Source: Octopus vulgaris | Lineage: Eukaryota | Direction of reading: 5' to 3' | DNA length: 64,000 nt | Assembly (NCBI GenBank): GCA_951406725.2 | Contig: OX597829.1 | Span: 30,752,001-30,816,000, forward strand | In this document: in pieces, positions 39,343-52,974 of the stretch | How the letters are laid out: every line of letters starts with the position of its first letter | How positions within the stretch are numbered: position 1 is the stretch's first letter | Position numbers and translations under genes: made by a program | The notes under the pieces: model-generated | What the model was told of the DNA's origin: nothing | The model's database searches: none | The model's input: only the letters and a program-made list of their open reading frames with translations

Positions 39343-41120
39343 TTAACTGCTCTGTGTGCAACATACTGTGGGGATTGTATCACACTGTTACCAATCACTC
39401 TGTTGATTTCAGAAAATCACACCAACTTCTCAGATAGCATCATGGAAGATAAATGGTAATCTTCAGGATACATTTTTTTTTTACAAAAAGTGTCTTCCAT
39501 GCCACAAAATACAGTAAAATGGCTGATAGGAAAGTGAACAGTAAAATGAGGGACTTATAACAGGTCCACACTGTCACAGTGTACCTCACCAGTGGGAGAT
39601 GTCTGCATATTATAAAATATCTGATAAAAATGGGATGATCATGGCTGGAACATCTTTGCTCATAAGTCTGCTTAATCAAGGTTGACTTGGATTGGGATGG
39701 CGGTGCTAAGCATCAATAACCACAATATAGCAACAGATGATATTGAAGGGTGTAAGATTAATGAGTTGCTCTTTAGTGATTGGTTTAAGTGATTAGCTAC
39801 CTTTATGCAGAGCTGATCAATGATAATCAGCACCCCCACCACCACCACTTTATTCCACAACCACTATATCGACATGGTAACAACAACATAGCTGAGCATC
39901 ATAACCCCACTCTCTGAAAGTGATCAGCTACCTCTGTTCAGAGCTAACCAAAAATAGTTAATCATCATTATCTTTATCAACAACAACAACAATAGCAGCC
40001 ACAACACCTTCCCCGACTCCATGACCACTGTATGGACATAATATATAGCATCACAGCTGTGTATCATAACAGCACCCTCTGAAAGCCAGTTCTCATCATC
40101 TAATATAATTAATTAATTAGATCTCCAGTGTTTTCATCAATGAATAGTATTCTAGTTGTTCTATCGAATCATTAGGTTACTGTTAACTGGCTGAGTATTC
40201 CATACATATGTGTACCCTTAACATATTTCTCAGTCAGTTTTGGCATGACAATGCCTTGCCCATCATCACTACTTCCTTGTTGCCATGGAAGATAATAATA
40301 TTTCCCCATACCCTAGACATGCTGTCCACACAAGACTGGAAACAAACAGCCTTGTTTGTATGACAGTAAGTTGACTTACTATGTTTTTTGTAGGACAATG
40401 GATATTCAAATTCCTTTGACCATGCTGCATACATAGTAGAAATATGATATTGGAAATTTTTCAACTTTTCATTATACAGCAACATATCATCATCCTTTAA
40501 CAACTGTTTTCCATGATGGCATGGATTGGACAGTTTGGCTGGAGCTGGTAAGCCAGGGAGCTGTACCACACTCCAATCTGTTTTGGGTTGGATGCCTTAC
40601 CTATTACCAACCACTCTACAAAGTGTACTGGGTGTCTTTTACGTGTCACTGGCGTGGGTGCCTTTTATGTGTCATTAGCGCTGGCCACAACCATGATTTC
40701 ACTTTTATCATAACACAGTAATATGAAAAAATAGGATAACTTTTTCAATTTTTTGCACTTATCTCTGTTTCTTGTTTTTTTGTTTTTTTTTTGTCTAACT
40801 GTGTTTTGTAATACTCATTTACAACTATTACATGATGTCAAAACAAAGTACATGCATACTCTGGCAAAACATACACACACACTTGATGGGCTTCTTTCAT
40901 TTTCATCTACGAAATCCATTCAAGGCTTTGGTCAGTCTGGGGTTATGATAGAAGACACTTGTCCAAGATGTAACATAGTGAAGCTGAACCCAAAACTGTT
41001 TGGTGGAGAAGTCTACTTCTTAGCCACACAATGATGCCTGCACACATCCACAAAACCTTGCCTGTACCTCTCACTTTTTCCATATATATATATATAGGTT
41101 AATATATATATATATATATA

Positions 41121-42296
41121 TATAATTAATTAATAAGGGTGAGAGAATTAGATACTAATTTAATAGTATATCTATTCAACACCAAGTGGCCTAGTGCTCC
41201 GAGAAACCTGGATTATTATAATATTTTATAATATATTATAATATTTTTACAAAATAAATATAAGAGAGTGGTCACTATATGGCTCACTCTAGCACCAGTT
41301 AATCCAAAAGGTTTCAACCACAAAAATACATGTTTCCCATGAAAGTCAGTATGATTGTTAGCTCACACGGACAGGGCAAATAAAAATAACAAAAATACAG
41401 ATTATTTTGGGACAATTGTTTCGCTATTAATGAATTAAATGTAATTTTACTTACAAAAAAATCCACTTGTAGCTCGTCAGCCAAAACTATCTGGATGAAA
41501 TCCACTCAATCACACACCAGATTTTACCATAACGATAAATACGCGTGTGGTTCAATTGATTACATCCGACGTTATAATTCAAATGCCCCAACTAACAGCG
41601 CGCCAAACTTTCACGGAAAACAAAGACTGCATTTAGAAATAAATGCAGCATAATTATAATTAATTAATAAGAGTGAGAGAATTAGATACTAATTTAATAG
41701 TATATCTATTCAACACCAAGTGGCCTAGTGCTCCGAGAAACCTGGATTATTATAATATTTTATAATATATTATAATATTTTTACAAAATAAATATAAGAG
41801 AGTGGTCACTATATGGCTCACTCTAGCACCAGTTAATCCAAAAGGTTTCAACCACAAAAATACATGTTTCCCATGAAAGTCAGTATGATTGTTAGCAAAA
41901 ATATTATAATATATTATAAAATATTATAATAATCCAGGTTTCTCGGAGCACTAGGCCACTTGGTGTTGAATAGATATACTATTAAATTAGTATCTAATTC
42001 TCTCACTCTTATTAATTAATTATAATTATGCTACATTTATTTCTAAATGCAGTCTTTGTTTTCCGTGAAAGTTTGGCGCGCTGTTAGTTGGGGCATTTGA
42101 ATTATAACGTCGGATGTAATTTTTGTTATTTTTTATTTGCCCTGTCCGTGTTTTTGTTATTTTTTATTTGCCCTGTCCGTGTGAGCTAACAATCGTACTG
42201 ACTTTCATGGGAAACATGTATTTTTGTGGTTGAAACCTTTTGGATTAACTGGTGCTAGAGTGAGCCATATAGTGACCACTCTCTTATATTTATTTT
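41121..42296 (-). mobile_element. HHR-bearing 534-bp tandem monomer element with inverted segments, in (TA)n
   Basis: Unit 41121-41654 is repeated head-to-tail to 41896. 41897-42120 is the reverse complement of 41559-41782, and 42151-42296 is the reverse complement of 41251-41396. Flanked by (TA)n. Confidence 0.8.
41405..41486 (-). ncRNA. Type I hammerhead ribozyme (intact core)
   Basis: Minus strand: TTTTGG-CTGACGA-GCTA[extended stem-loop]TAGC-GAAA-CAATTG-TC-CCAAAA. Helix III is palindromic (ACAATTGT) and the triplet is GUC. Confidence 0.9.
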
Positions 42297-42648
42297 ATAT
42301 ATATATATATATATATTAACCTATCTTCTACAGCAGCAGCGTTAAGGTTGCTCCTCCTGGAGAAGTGGATTGGTCTGCAAGAGTCTTGTGCCAGTGCTGG
42401 TGCACATAGAATCACCTAGCACACTGTAAAGTGGTTGGCATTAGGAAGGGCATCTAGCAGAAGAAACCAAGCCAAATCAGATTGGAGCCTGGTGCAGCTC
42501 TCTGGTTTACCAGCTCTAGTCAAACTGTCCGACCCATCCTACCATGGAAAACAAACATTAGATGGTGAAGATGATGATATGAGTGAGACAGTAAAAGTGA
42601 TGGTGATTTCAAATGAAAGCACAAGGATGTGATGTTTGCTGCATTCTT

Positions 42649-42931
42649 GTTTCATTCTTGTGTTGTCGATGTATCTAGTTAATTTATACATTTTTACACA
42701 GCTTTGTCTGAAAGAGGATGTCGGTGACTCTGAGATTGATCAGGGGAAGGTTTGAAAGTATCCTCAAACCAGAGACCTGACCCAAATGCTTGCAACATTG
42801 TAAGTTTAAACCCTGCCACCCAAGGACCAGTGGTGTTAAAAGCAGGCAATAGATTAAGTCTACGTCCTTAGGTAAACTTAAGCACCTAGATTGCAAAGAA
42901 CTGAAATAATTACCACAGGCAATCACTTGTC
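42649..42931 (+). repeat. Copy 1 of a locally duplicated structured segment (candidate H/ACA-like RNA)
   Basis: High identity to 44905-45176. H-box-like AGATTA at 42851-56; ATA at 42906-08. Confidence 0.6.
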
Positions 42932-44314
42932 ATTCTTACAATGAGAAATGCAGTAAACCAGTGATTGATGGAAATGTAACCAATAGTGCTGTTGATTTGC
43001 GTGTGTGTGCATTCTAAATGTGTATTTAGAATAAAAAGTAGAAAAGCATGCATTTCAAATATAGTTCATAATTTCCTTGTTGTGCTCAAAATCTGTTTCA
43101 GTGGCATAAAACATTATTATTTGTATAATTATGCTGTTGAAATACCCCAGTTAAATTATATGATACCTATATTGTTGAGAGGAAGTATATGTCTTTTTTT
43201 CTTTTTTTTTTTTTCTCATTGAAACAGTTGTAGAGGATAATGAAATTATGAACTACATGTAAAATTTTATACACTTCTGCTTTTTATTCTAAATATGCTA
43301 CTCTTAATCATCATTTTAACTAACTCTGAATACACTAATTTATTCCACCAAGATTTACCTCATTATATTAATACATTTGTGTTTTACACTGTGCTATCAA
43401 TTTGATCTCTTAATTACCATCGATATATATATAATAATAATAATAATTAATAATAATAGTAATAATAATAATAATAATTAATAATAATAGTAATAATAAT
43501 AATAATAATAATTCTGCTTGCATTGTATTACTTAGCCCATCAGTAATGCTTTCGTGTGATTAGAGAAAAGAGGGAGAGAGAAGCATCCATGACATGAGGT
43601 AGAGGGAATGTAATTGTAATGCTTTCATGTGGTTAATTGAAAGGAAAGAGAGGAGAGATAAAAAGAGGATAAGGTGAAGAGGGAGTCAGAAAGGGGGAGG
43701 AAAAAAAAGAGAGATAGAAAAAAGGTGGAGAGAGAAAAAGAGAGTGAGAGAAGCATTCATGTTGTGGGGTGGGAAGAACATAATAATTTTAGCAGAGGGG
43801 AGATGTTCTGATGGTAAGGTTAAAGGATGGAGAGAGATGGTGGTGTTGGTGGAGGTAGAGATGGAGGTGGTGGTGATTTGATAGTAAAATGTGTTTCTTA
43901 TTTGTTTTACATTGAACTAAGTTTGTTATATCACTTAACACATGCACATAAGTGCAATTCCTTGAAATATTCACACTTGTTTACATGGCAGATATATGCA
44001 ATTTTACTAAAGCTATCATGTTCAGGATATTTTTTTTTTTGTTTTGTTTAAGGGAGAAATGGAAATATAAGAGTGAATATTTATTTTACGAGTGCTGTGA
44101 ATTAAGTCTATAACATTGTGCATTAAGTGATCACCGTATTCCAATTTCTTTCACTTTTCAATGAGTAGCAGATGAGAAATTACCTTTCCATACAGGCACA
44201 ACATAGGTTGTGCTTTCAGGGTTTGGGATAAAGTTTTCAGAGATAACCCAATAGGTTTACCATTAATTTTGTAAAATATTCATGAGTCCTGCTAGCATGC
44301 ATGCATGCATACAT

Positions 44315-44401
<87 letters not shown>

Positions 44402-44403
<2 letters not shown>

Positions 44404-44620
44404 AATCGTGGCTGTTTGCCAGCCTCCTTTGGCCCCTGTGCCGGTGGCATGTAAAAAACACCCACTACACTCATGGAGTGGTTGGCATTAGGGAGGGCAT
44501 CCAGCTGTAGAAACACTGCCAGATCAGACTGGAGCCTGATGCAGCCTCCTGCCTTCCCAGGTCCTGGTCGAACTGCCCAACCCATGCTAGCATGGGAAAC
44601 GGACATTAAATGATGATGAT
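44402..44620 (+). mobile_element. RTE-LINE 3' tail
   Basis: Same as 3775-4005. Further tails at ~28510-28685 (+), 29340-29445 (-), 40490-40700 (-), 42390-42580 (+), 46600-46760 (-), 56280-56547 (+) and 59530-59862 (+). Confidence 0.75.
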
Positions 44621-44904
44621 ATATATATATATATATAACAGAGAGAGAGAGTAGTTTTGGTAAAGTATTGTGTGATATTACTTTGAAGAGATTTCTTGTG
44701 TAAGGCAGGAACAATGTGAGAAGATACAAAGTAAACCACTTTTCTTTTCCCTTTTGTAGTTGACTTTGTCCTTTCTAGCATTGTTCTGGCCTTACATGAC
44801 AAATCTCTTTAGAATATATATAAATGTATATGTATGCATATATGTCTATGTATATATAGCTATTGTACATGTTTATATTTGTGGTGTTGATAACTGGTGG
44901 GGTA

Positions 44905-45176
44905 GTTTCATTTTTGTGTTGTTGATGTATCTAGTTCATTTATACATTTTTACACAGCTTTGTCTGAAAGAGGATGTCGGTGACTCTGAGATTGATCAGA
45001 GGAAGATTTGAAAATAACCTCAAACCAGAGACCTGACCCAGATGCTTGCAATATTGTAAGTTTAAACCCTGCCACCCAAGGGCCAGTGGTGTTAAAGCAG
45101 GCAATAGATTAAGTCTACATCCCTAGGTAAACCTAGATTGCAAAGAACTGAAACAATTACCACAAGGTATCTTGTC
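44905..45176 (+). repeat. Copy 2 of a locally duplicated structured segment (candidate H/ACA-like RNA)
   Basis: H-box-like AGATTA at 45106-11; ACA at 45153-55. Three hairpins are preserved between the copies. Confidence 0.6.
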
Positions 45177-45946
45177 TAAAACTCTAGCAATTCCTTCAGT
45201 CCAACACCATGAACTGATACCTTTATTGACCCTGAAGGTAATATTGATCTTGATGGGATTTGAACACAGATGGCAGAGAGCCAAAGTCTTCTATTCTGTG
45301 CTCTAAAATGTTGTTGAGGCTGTGGGCTTTCATACTCTAGTCGTCATTTAATCCCAAACTTGTCCTGATTGGGAAAATCAGAGTTGAGGTATCCCAACTG
45401 TGACCATCTTGTCAAGAAAGCCAGTCACATATGTCTACATGTCCATTTAGAAAGATTTGACTGCTATTTCTAGCAAGTTGAGTAACCACTTAGAAGCTTC
45501 CTCATTAGCTTGTATGGTAGCCCCAGGTTAGATTATGCAGACGTATTAGCAATCGGATCGATGAAGTCTAGGTAATCTTTCAGCTTTTAGTGTTTCATTG
45601 CATTTGATATATTGCATAAATGAGTGTGTGTGAGATATAGCGTCCAATATTCTCAGCAGTTTTTTAATTTTTTTCTTTTGAAATTTATGAAAGAAAGTTT
45701 AACAGTATTGGTGTTGTATGTTATTGGTTGCTAAGTTTACGTTATTAGCTAAAATAATACCAAGGCTATGAATTGTGAATGGTGTCCCTCACATTGAATC
45801 GAGGTTTGATTTTGTGTTTGTTAATATTTTGAGATATTGTTTGGTGGTAAGAAGAGTGTCTGGCTATACTAAAAAACTACTTCAACAAGTTTTGTCTGAC
45901 CCGTGTACTCATTAGAAAGTGGGCATTAATATGATGATGCTGGTGG

Positions 45947-45979
<33 letters not shown>

Positions 45980-48900
45980 GTGTGTGTGTATCAGCTCACC
46001 TGTCAATGATGGTCTATAAGCATTCAGCCGTTGCCAAACAACCTGCATAAGTGATTTGTTTATAGTGACCAAATGTATGTTCTGTACATTAGCTCACCTG
46101 CCTCCATCAAATTGATGTTGCCTGGACAGGTGCACTGTGCACCATGCGTCAGGTGTCAAAGTGATTGCAAAGCAACATGAAATGAAGTGTTTTGCTGAAG
46201 CACACATTGTACCACCCAGTCTAGGAGGTGAAACCATGATCTTGTGATTGTGAGCGCAACACCCTAACCATTAGGTCTTGTGCCCTCACACACACAAATA
46301 TTGTGTGTGTTTGTCTTGTCTCTAATTGCATGACAACCAGTATTGTTGTCAAGTATATTTCTCAATAACTTAGTAGTTCAGCAAAAAAGACTGACAGGTT
46401 AAGTACCCAGACTTAAGTATTACCGGGGTCAATTTGAGCAGCTGAATTTTTCAAGGTGATAACAACCTCAGCATGGCCACTGACTGAAACTGGTAAAGAG
46501 AACAAAAGAATTAACGTTTACCAAAATGTGAATACTTGATAATGAATATAGATTCTACTATATACATGTAAGATGCTATCATTATCATCATCATCATTGA
46601 TGTCATTTAATGTCCATTTTCCATGCTGGCATGGGTTACACAGTTTGACAAAAGCTGTTAAGGCCAGAGCCTGCACCAGGTTCTATTGTCTGTTTTAGCA
46701 TGGTTTCTACAGTTAGATACCCTTCCTAATACCAACCACTGGGTGCTTTATATGTGGCACTAGTATAGTGCGTACTGTATATAACAAGTATATATATAAA
46801 TCTGACCAGTAGAATATTTAATAATATTTATCAGACAATTTGTCCTAAACCAATCTGAGATGGATGAATAAATACAGCAATACACTATATTCTGTTAAGT
46901 ATGTCCATTATATTCTCTGAAAATTAGTCTTATTCTTTTTAGTCATAAGAAATCAGAATATCAATATTTTTTTTTTTTTACTTTTTGCCTGCATGTGTAT
47001 AAGACTGCCTTTAAGCTTAATCATCTTTTTATTTCACAGATGCGAGAACATTTAATGGATATTAAATAAATGTGGAACTGAAAAGAGAAGAAAAATATAG
47101 CTAATGAAAGCTTGTCTCTAATGTAGACATGCCACTATGGTGCCAGTTTTGGCTGGACAGTCTTCTTAAATGTCAGTATGTGTTCTCACTTGGCTCCTAT
47201 AGTAATCAATAGGCTCAGCTGATGTGTTAAGTTGAAAACAAAAAAAAAAAACTTTAATCTTTTGAAAAAGTAAGGTATCGAAACAAAACAAAAGAAAAAG
47301 TAAAAAAAACACAAAACAAGAAAAAAAGAAAAAAAGAAGCAATAAAATAAGAAAAACGATTCTTGGGATTTGCCTTTAATTCTATTTATGGTTCCAAATT
47401 CAGTTTTTGATGTCTTTAATTTTATTATTTTTTTATTTTATTATTTAGTTTAAGGAAGAGGGGAAGGGTAGTACCCACAGCAGTTGACCATGCCAGATTA
47501 GTGGACGCAAATGTGATTGATTATCATTTTTAATTCTTGCAAGTTCATGTCAGCAGGGAAAAGCATGGGATGAGTTCCAGTGGGTTGAAGTTCCATGCTT
47601 GAAGTATTACCTTAGGTGTTTTGAAAGGCTTTGGAGGTAAGATACTCCAGAGATAAGTTTTCAGAGGAAGCAGTACAACAGACCTTGCTTGTTCAAAGGA
47701 GCAAAAAGTATCTTGTAGAGTTATCAGAAAAAAAAGCAGGATTGGCATGACTGGAATCCACAGTTTATGAATATGCATATCATTGGTAAATTTGTTGCTG
47801 GGCAAAAATTTGAAATATTTCACTCCAAATTATGTGACTCATCATAAGATAACATGAGTATCTTGCTCGTCTTCTCATCTACTCATGCCCTCTGTCATTC
47901 TTTGAGTGGGATCTCACCTGCTTTCTTTGTTATTGAGTTTCCATATTTTTAATTGAATCAAGAAATTTTGTGTTAGTTCTAAGCTATTTGTCACATGCCC
48001 TACCTTGTCCCAATTTTAACACCCAGGTGATTGCCTAGTTAATTCAGTGCTGCAGTACTGACCCTTGCATGCTCTGTAGTCTGATGGTTGCTGAAATGCT
48101 TAGCTGTAGATGTATAACTACTAGTCATGTATATAATACATTCTAAGGTTAGGAGGGTAGGGTTTTGACTTCAATGAATAAGCAGGTGTTAACTGGAGAT
48201 CTTTCCCAGCCCACTTCTATTCGTATAGTTCATGAGGCTATAACATATAAGTTAATGATTTTTTTATTTCTGGGATTTTTTATATACTGATGACCTGATT
48301 CTCATTGTGGATTCTGTTAAAAGGCTGAGAAATTTTCCAAAGCTGGAAACATGTCAACATTACAGAGACTTAGCTAGTTAACTGAAGAAAGCCTTCAGGC
48401 ACAGGCAAACCTTTCTGTTCCCAAGCAGATTATGCTTGCTTAAGTGAGGTTAAGGGAGTCAACCTTAAAAAAAAATTAGAAGAGCCCCTGTGGGCAGTAG
48501 GATGGCTGTATCTCATCCTGGCAGCTTTTGCATCTGGTACTTCTCAGTCATCTTGATTCTGTCTTGCCACTGGATACAGAAACATCAGGTAGAGAGGACA
48601 AGTTAGTTACTGCACATTTCTCCGTTATCTTTAGAGTCTCGCACAAGTCAGTATGGCTTTACATATTTGAAAGTCCTGCAGCATTAATACTAAGCATGGG
48701 TAGCTGGGAACTGTTCACTCAGAAGTTCACTCACCAGGTGGCTCAGGCTACTTGGGTGTTTCTTGGCTAAAGAAGCAGTGCTGAGCTTCAGAACACACTG
48801 CTCATCTCCTCAGAATTAGGAAGGGATTAGAAAAGGTGTCCCTAAAAAAACGTTACTCCGTTATTTCCTGGTTAGTAGTAGACTGCAGCTTACAGAATCT

Positions 48901-49305
48901 TAAGAAAAACTAAAGGGAAAAAAGTTGTACAGAAAGCAAAAGTCCCACCATGTTCTGATTCTGCTACTTCATGCCCTGACAGCAATCATGGACTTTATGC
49001 CAATATTGGTTTAATGACCCACCTCTGGACCCACAAAGAGTAAAACTGATAACCTGATCATCTTCAGAGACATGAAGGATAAACATAAATGAGAACTTAA
49101 AATTCCAATGCCGACTGTGAACTGGCCCTTGTTGGTTGAAAGCTCTCACACACTTCTTCCCAAAAAGGTTTAGTTACATCTTGATAAAGAATTTAACATT
49201 TTTTTGAAAAATAATTTTTTGTAAAAATCACCTTTACACTTCAAAACTGTAATATGTAATTCACAAATATATATGTGTGTGTGTGTGACAATTAGTTGGT
49301 TGTTA

Positions 49306-49368
49306 TAATAAAACTCAGATTTTCGGATGCTGGAGCTGAAGTCTGCTCTAGCATCTCATCAGTTATTA
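49306..49368 (-). ncRNA. Slightly degenerate type I hammerhead flanked by a 20-bp inverted repeat
   Basis: Minus strand: TAATAA-CTGATGA-GATGCTAGAGC(agacttca)GCTCCAGCATC-c-GAAA-ATCTGAG-TT-TTATTA. The inverted repeat TGTGACAATTAGTTGGTTGT is at 49284-49303 / 49376-49395. Confidence 0.65.
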
Positions 49369-50573
49369 AGACAAGACAACCAACTAATTGTCACAATATA
49401 TTTATAGATAAATTCCTCTATTTTACATAATATCGAGGTCTCATTCATTCTTTTGTTGTCATATTATTATTATGATATATATATATATAAGAATTACATA
49501 ATACAGTTTTGAAGTGTAAAGGTGATTTTAAAAAAAATGTTATAAAATCTTATATGTATGTGTGTGTATATATAAATATATATATATATAATATGTAAGC
49601 TGAGTGGGTAGGAAGTCAATACTGTGTACTGAGTATAAACAATGAATGCACAAAATGTGAAATGGTATCATGAGCAAGCTAGCAGAGAACCAAGATATTA
49701 GATGTACAGAAGTAGAGACATAGATGTATTGATGCCTTTGGACTGTTTAGCTGTTTCACTAAATGTGTGTAGAGTTGTTAGTTGGAGAGACATATATATA
49801 GTGTTCAGATGTTTCACTAGAGGTACTTTCTGTTACTTAGTTAGTCTATTTAGTCGAGAGGGTGGTTTTGATGATATTAAGAGTAGTTACGCATGTGTGA
49901 GAAGAAGTAGCAGGGTCAAATCTCAGGATATTAGGTCTCAGAGTCAAAGAATTATGTTGAGAGCAGACACGATTAACCTATGACATCATAGATAAATAAG
50001 ACTTTAATACATTAATGACAATAACAAACAGGATTTGTCAATATACACTTTCACTGAGAGACTCTAGTGTGAGCTGTGTGTGCGTGTATTTATGTGTGGA
50101 ACCTAGTACTTCAAAAGCTGTAAAGATTTCCTGCTGTCACTGAAGAATGCATTTGTAGAATTATGAGATTAGCTATATGAAGATTTTTAAGTATTTTCAC
50201 AAGAGTGTTTATACATACATATATGTATATGTGTGCACACACGCACACACATATATAAAAAACCAACACAGATGAACAAGGAAATTTACAGGGAAATATG
50301 AAATATCAATACAGATGAATGTGTATAATTCTGATACCTTCAACAGTTGCCAATTGGAAATCATAATTTTAGTGTGTAAAAAAAAAATAGTGTTAATTCC
50401 TGTTGTGACCATAACAGAGTTGTGAAGACTACGGATGAATGCACATGGAAAATGATAAAAGTCATGATAAAATATGGGTATACAACAATGAATATAGGAT
50501 GGAAAAATTCAAAATGAAACAAACAAGATATAACATTGTTTTCAGCATGGCTAAAAATTGTAAGGCATTTTAA

Positions 50574-50793
50574 CCCTTTAGCATTCAAACCGGCCATATC
50601 TGGCCAAAATATTTAACCTGTTTTATATTGAAACTGACCAGATCTCACCTTTTATCTCAGCCCTACCATGTCATTCTAAAACTAAAAAATCACATCACTG
50701 AAATCTCTAAACTACAAGATAATGCATGATTAATTCAAACCATTTTAAATAAACAAACATCACATTTGACAGAATAATCTGAACACTAAAGGG
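50574..50793. mobile_element. piggyBac-type MITE
   Basis: TTAA TSDs; TIR CCCTTTAG / CTAAAGGG. Confidence 0.8.
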
Positions 50794-52466
50794 TTAAATA
50801 CAAAAGTGGAGGGAGAAGGAGGCTTGGAACAGATAAAGGAGTCAGGATACAGAATTGCCTTGTGTGAGGGAAGAGAAGCTGGAGATTAGCAGCATTTGAG
50901 TGAAGATAGAGACTATGACAGAAAAGTTGATTGAGAAACTGAACAAAGTTGGTGATAGAAGGAAAAGTAAATGAGCGAAGACAGCAGTTGAAAGAGACAA
51001 AATGGGGAGTAGATGACTGAGAATAGAAAAGGTTATGGACTGCAACAGGGTATAAGATAAAGACAGCTAGATTGATAGATATATAGAGAGATGGATAGGT
51101 AGATGGACCTATAAATTGATGGAATGGAAAGATGTAGATACTGATTATAAAAAAAAATTAAGATGACTTCATTGCCCTACAAATAATATTGCAAAAAGTA
51201 AGAAAGACAAACAAGGTGATTTTTATAGGAAAAATGTAGGGTCAGCTCAGATACATGTGCATAAATCTGATTCCTGCATCAGTTGTCAATTGAAAATCAT
51301 GATAATTTCAGCACCTAAGAAAACAATTCATTCCTGTGATGTCCATAACCCATTTGAGTTGGGAAAGCACAGAGGAGTGTTTGCAAAAATAATAACTGTG
51401 ATAAAAATGAAAAATAATAGTATACAAAAACAAATACAGGGCAGAAAAATACTAGCCAAAACAGACAAGAAGACAATGGGATTGTCTTGTGACTTGGATA
51501 ATTAAGAAAATAATGCATGGAGAAAAATAATAATACCCCCTTTCTCATTCATTCTTTTTTGTTTTTCTCTACTCATAGATATATATACATACATACACAA
51601 ATATATAAGCACACACACATGAGAAGAGGAAAATGTTTTTTAAGAGTCCAATATAAAAATAATTCTGTTGATTAGCAGTATCTGCAGATTCTAATAAACA
51701 TTCTCCTATAAATAGAACAGTCACATGTAGATTTGGAACAAACTAGCATTGTGTTCTTTGAATAAGTGTGGAATATGCCTGCTTTTTGACAAAAACACCA
51801 GCAGCAGCAGAAGAGGAGTGGGTGTTCCTACTACTTACATTTACCTGTATGCATACACATTTCCATACATACATAGGTACACATACACACAGATGTGTTT
51901 GTGCATGTGTATGTACTTTCTGTAGGGTCAGAGTAAAACATTGTGAAAAGCTTTTTAAAATGAAAATAAATTGTGGAAGCAATTGTTGATGGTGTTGTTG
52001 CTGTTGTTGTTACAATCATCTAGCCTTGATCCACCAGTGGCTAAACATAGTTTAGAGTACACAATAGCACAATAGTTTATTATAGAGTTTGGAGTACACT
52101 GCCTGTGGAGTGTAAATGAAAATGAAGCAAAGTGGCCAGTGGCATGAATATGGAAGACAATAATGAAAAATTACAAGTATTTCAAATGCCATTCTATGAT
52201 AAAAACTTGATTTTGTAGAAACTAGCTTTCCTTTGAGTAATGAATAAATATATGCCATGTGGCAATTATAACCAACTCCACAGGGGAGATAATTTCAGGG
52301 AAACAAGAATTCTCTGAAATTGACTTGCCATTAAGGAATGAGCAGTCTGATTGCCTGATTACATGGGAACAACTGTGGGCATGTGTTTCTGCAACAGTAG
52401 GTGACATCAGTACATGTACATATACATATATACATACTTATACAAACACACATATGCTTTTATAAA

Positions 52467-52503
<37 letters not shown>

Positions 52504-52663
52504 GGAACTAGGAGTCCAATATGGAAAATAACTGTGTTTGTTAATGTATACTGATATATTTTGTTTATATTGTATTATTGTATTAATGTGTATATATATA
52601 TGTGTAGAATTATGAGTGTCCATGCACACATTTTTATATTTATATTTAAATTTTTTTCACACT

Positions 52664-52793
52664 TATATTAAATTCTCTGAAGAGGCCATGAGACATCCTT
52701 GTTAATGTCTCATTTGTACCTGCTTTATATGGCTAATAGGTTAAATGAGACATACTTGTCCTCACGGCCGAAACAGCTGTCAGATATGATGTA
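52664..52793 (+). ncRNA. Type I hammerhead ribozyme (intact core)
   Basis: Helix I TATATTA-aat-TCT / AGA-ta-TGATGTA (internal loop); core CTGAAGA 52677-83; helix II GGCCaTGAG/CTCAcGGCC plus an inner stem; GAAA 52770-73; palindromic helix III ACAGCTGT; GUC cleavage after 52781. Confidence 0.85.
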
Positions 52794-52974
52794 ATTGTAT
52801 TTTATATTTATATTTCCATGTCTAGTTATATTTACAATATATTATGTATAATGTCTTTGCTGTTATGTAATGGTGTAATAAAGTATTGATTGGGTATTAT
52901 CTGATGGTTGATGATTGATTGATTTAAGTATGTTTCTCCATTTTCTCATTTTGTATGTATATATATATATATTT

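Noticed and set aside
45055-45075. AAACCCT as a telomerase RNA template in the H/ACA-like duplicate
   Set aside because: It does not match a TTAGGG template (CTAACCCT) and lies mid-molecule rather than near the 5' end.
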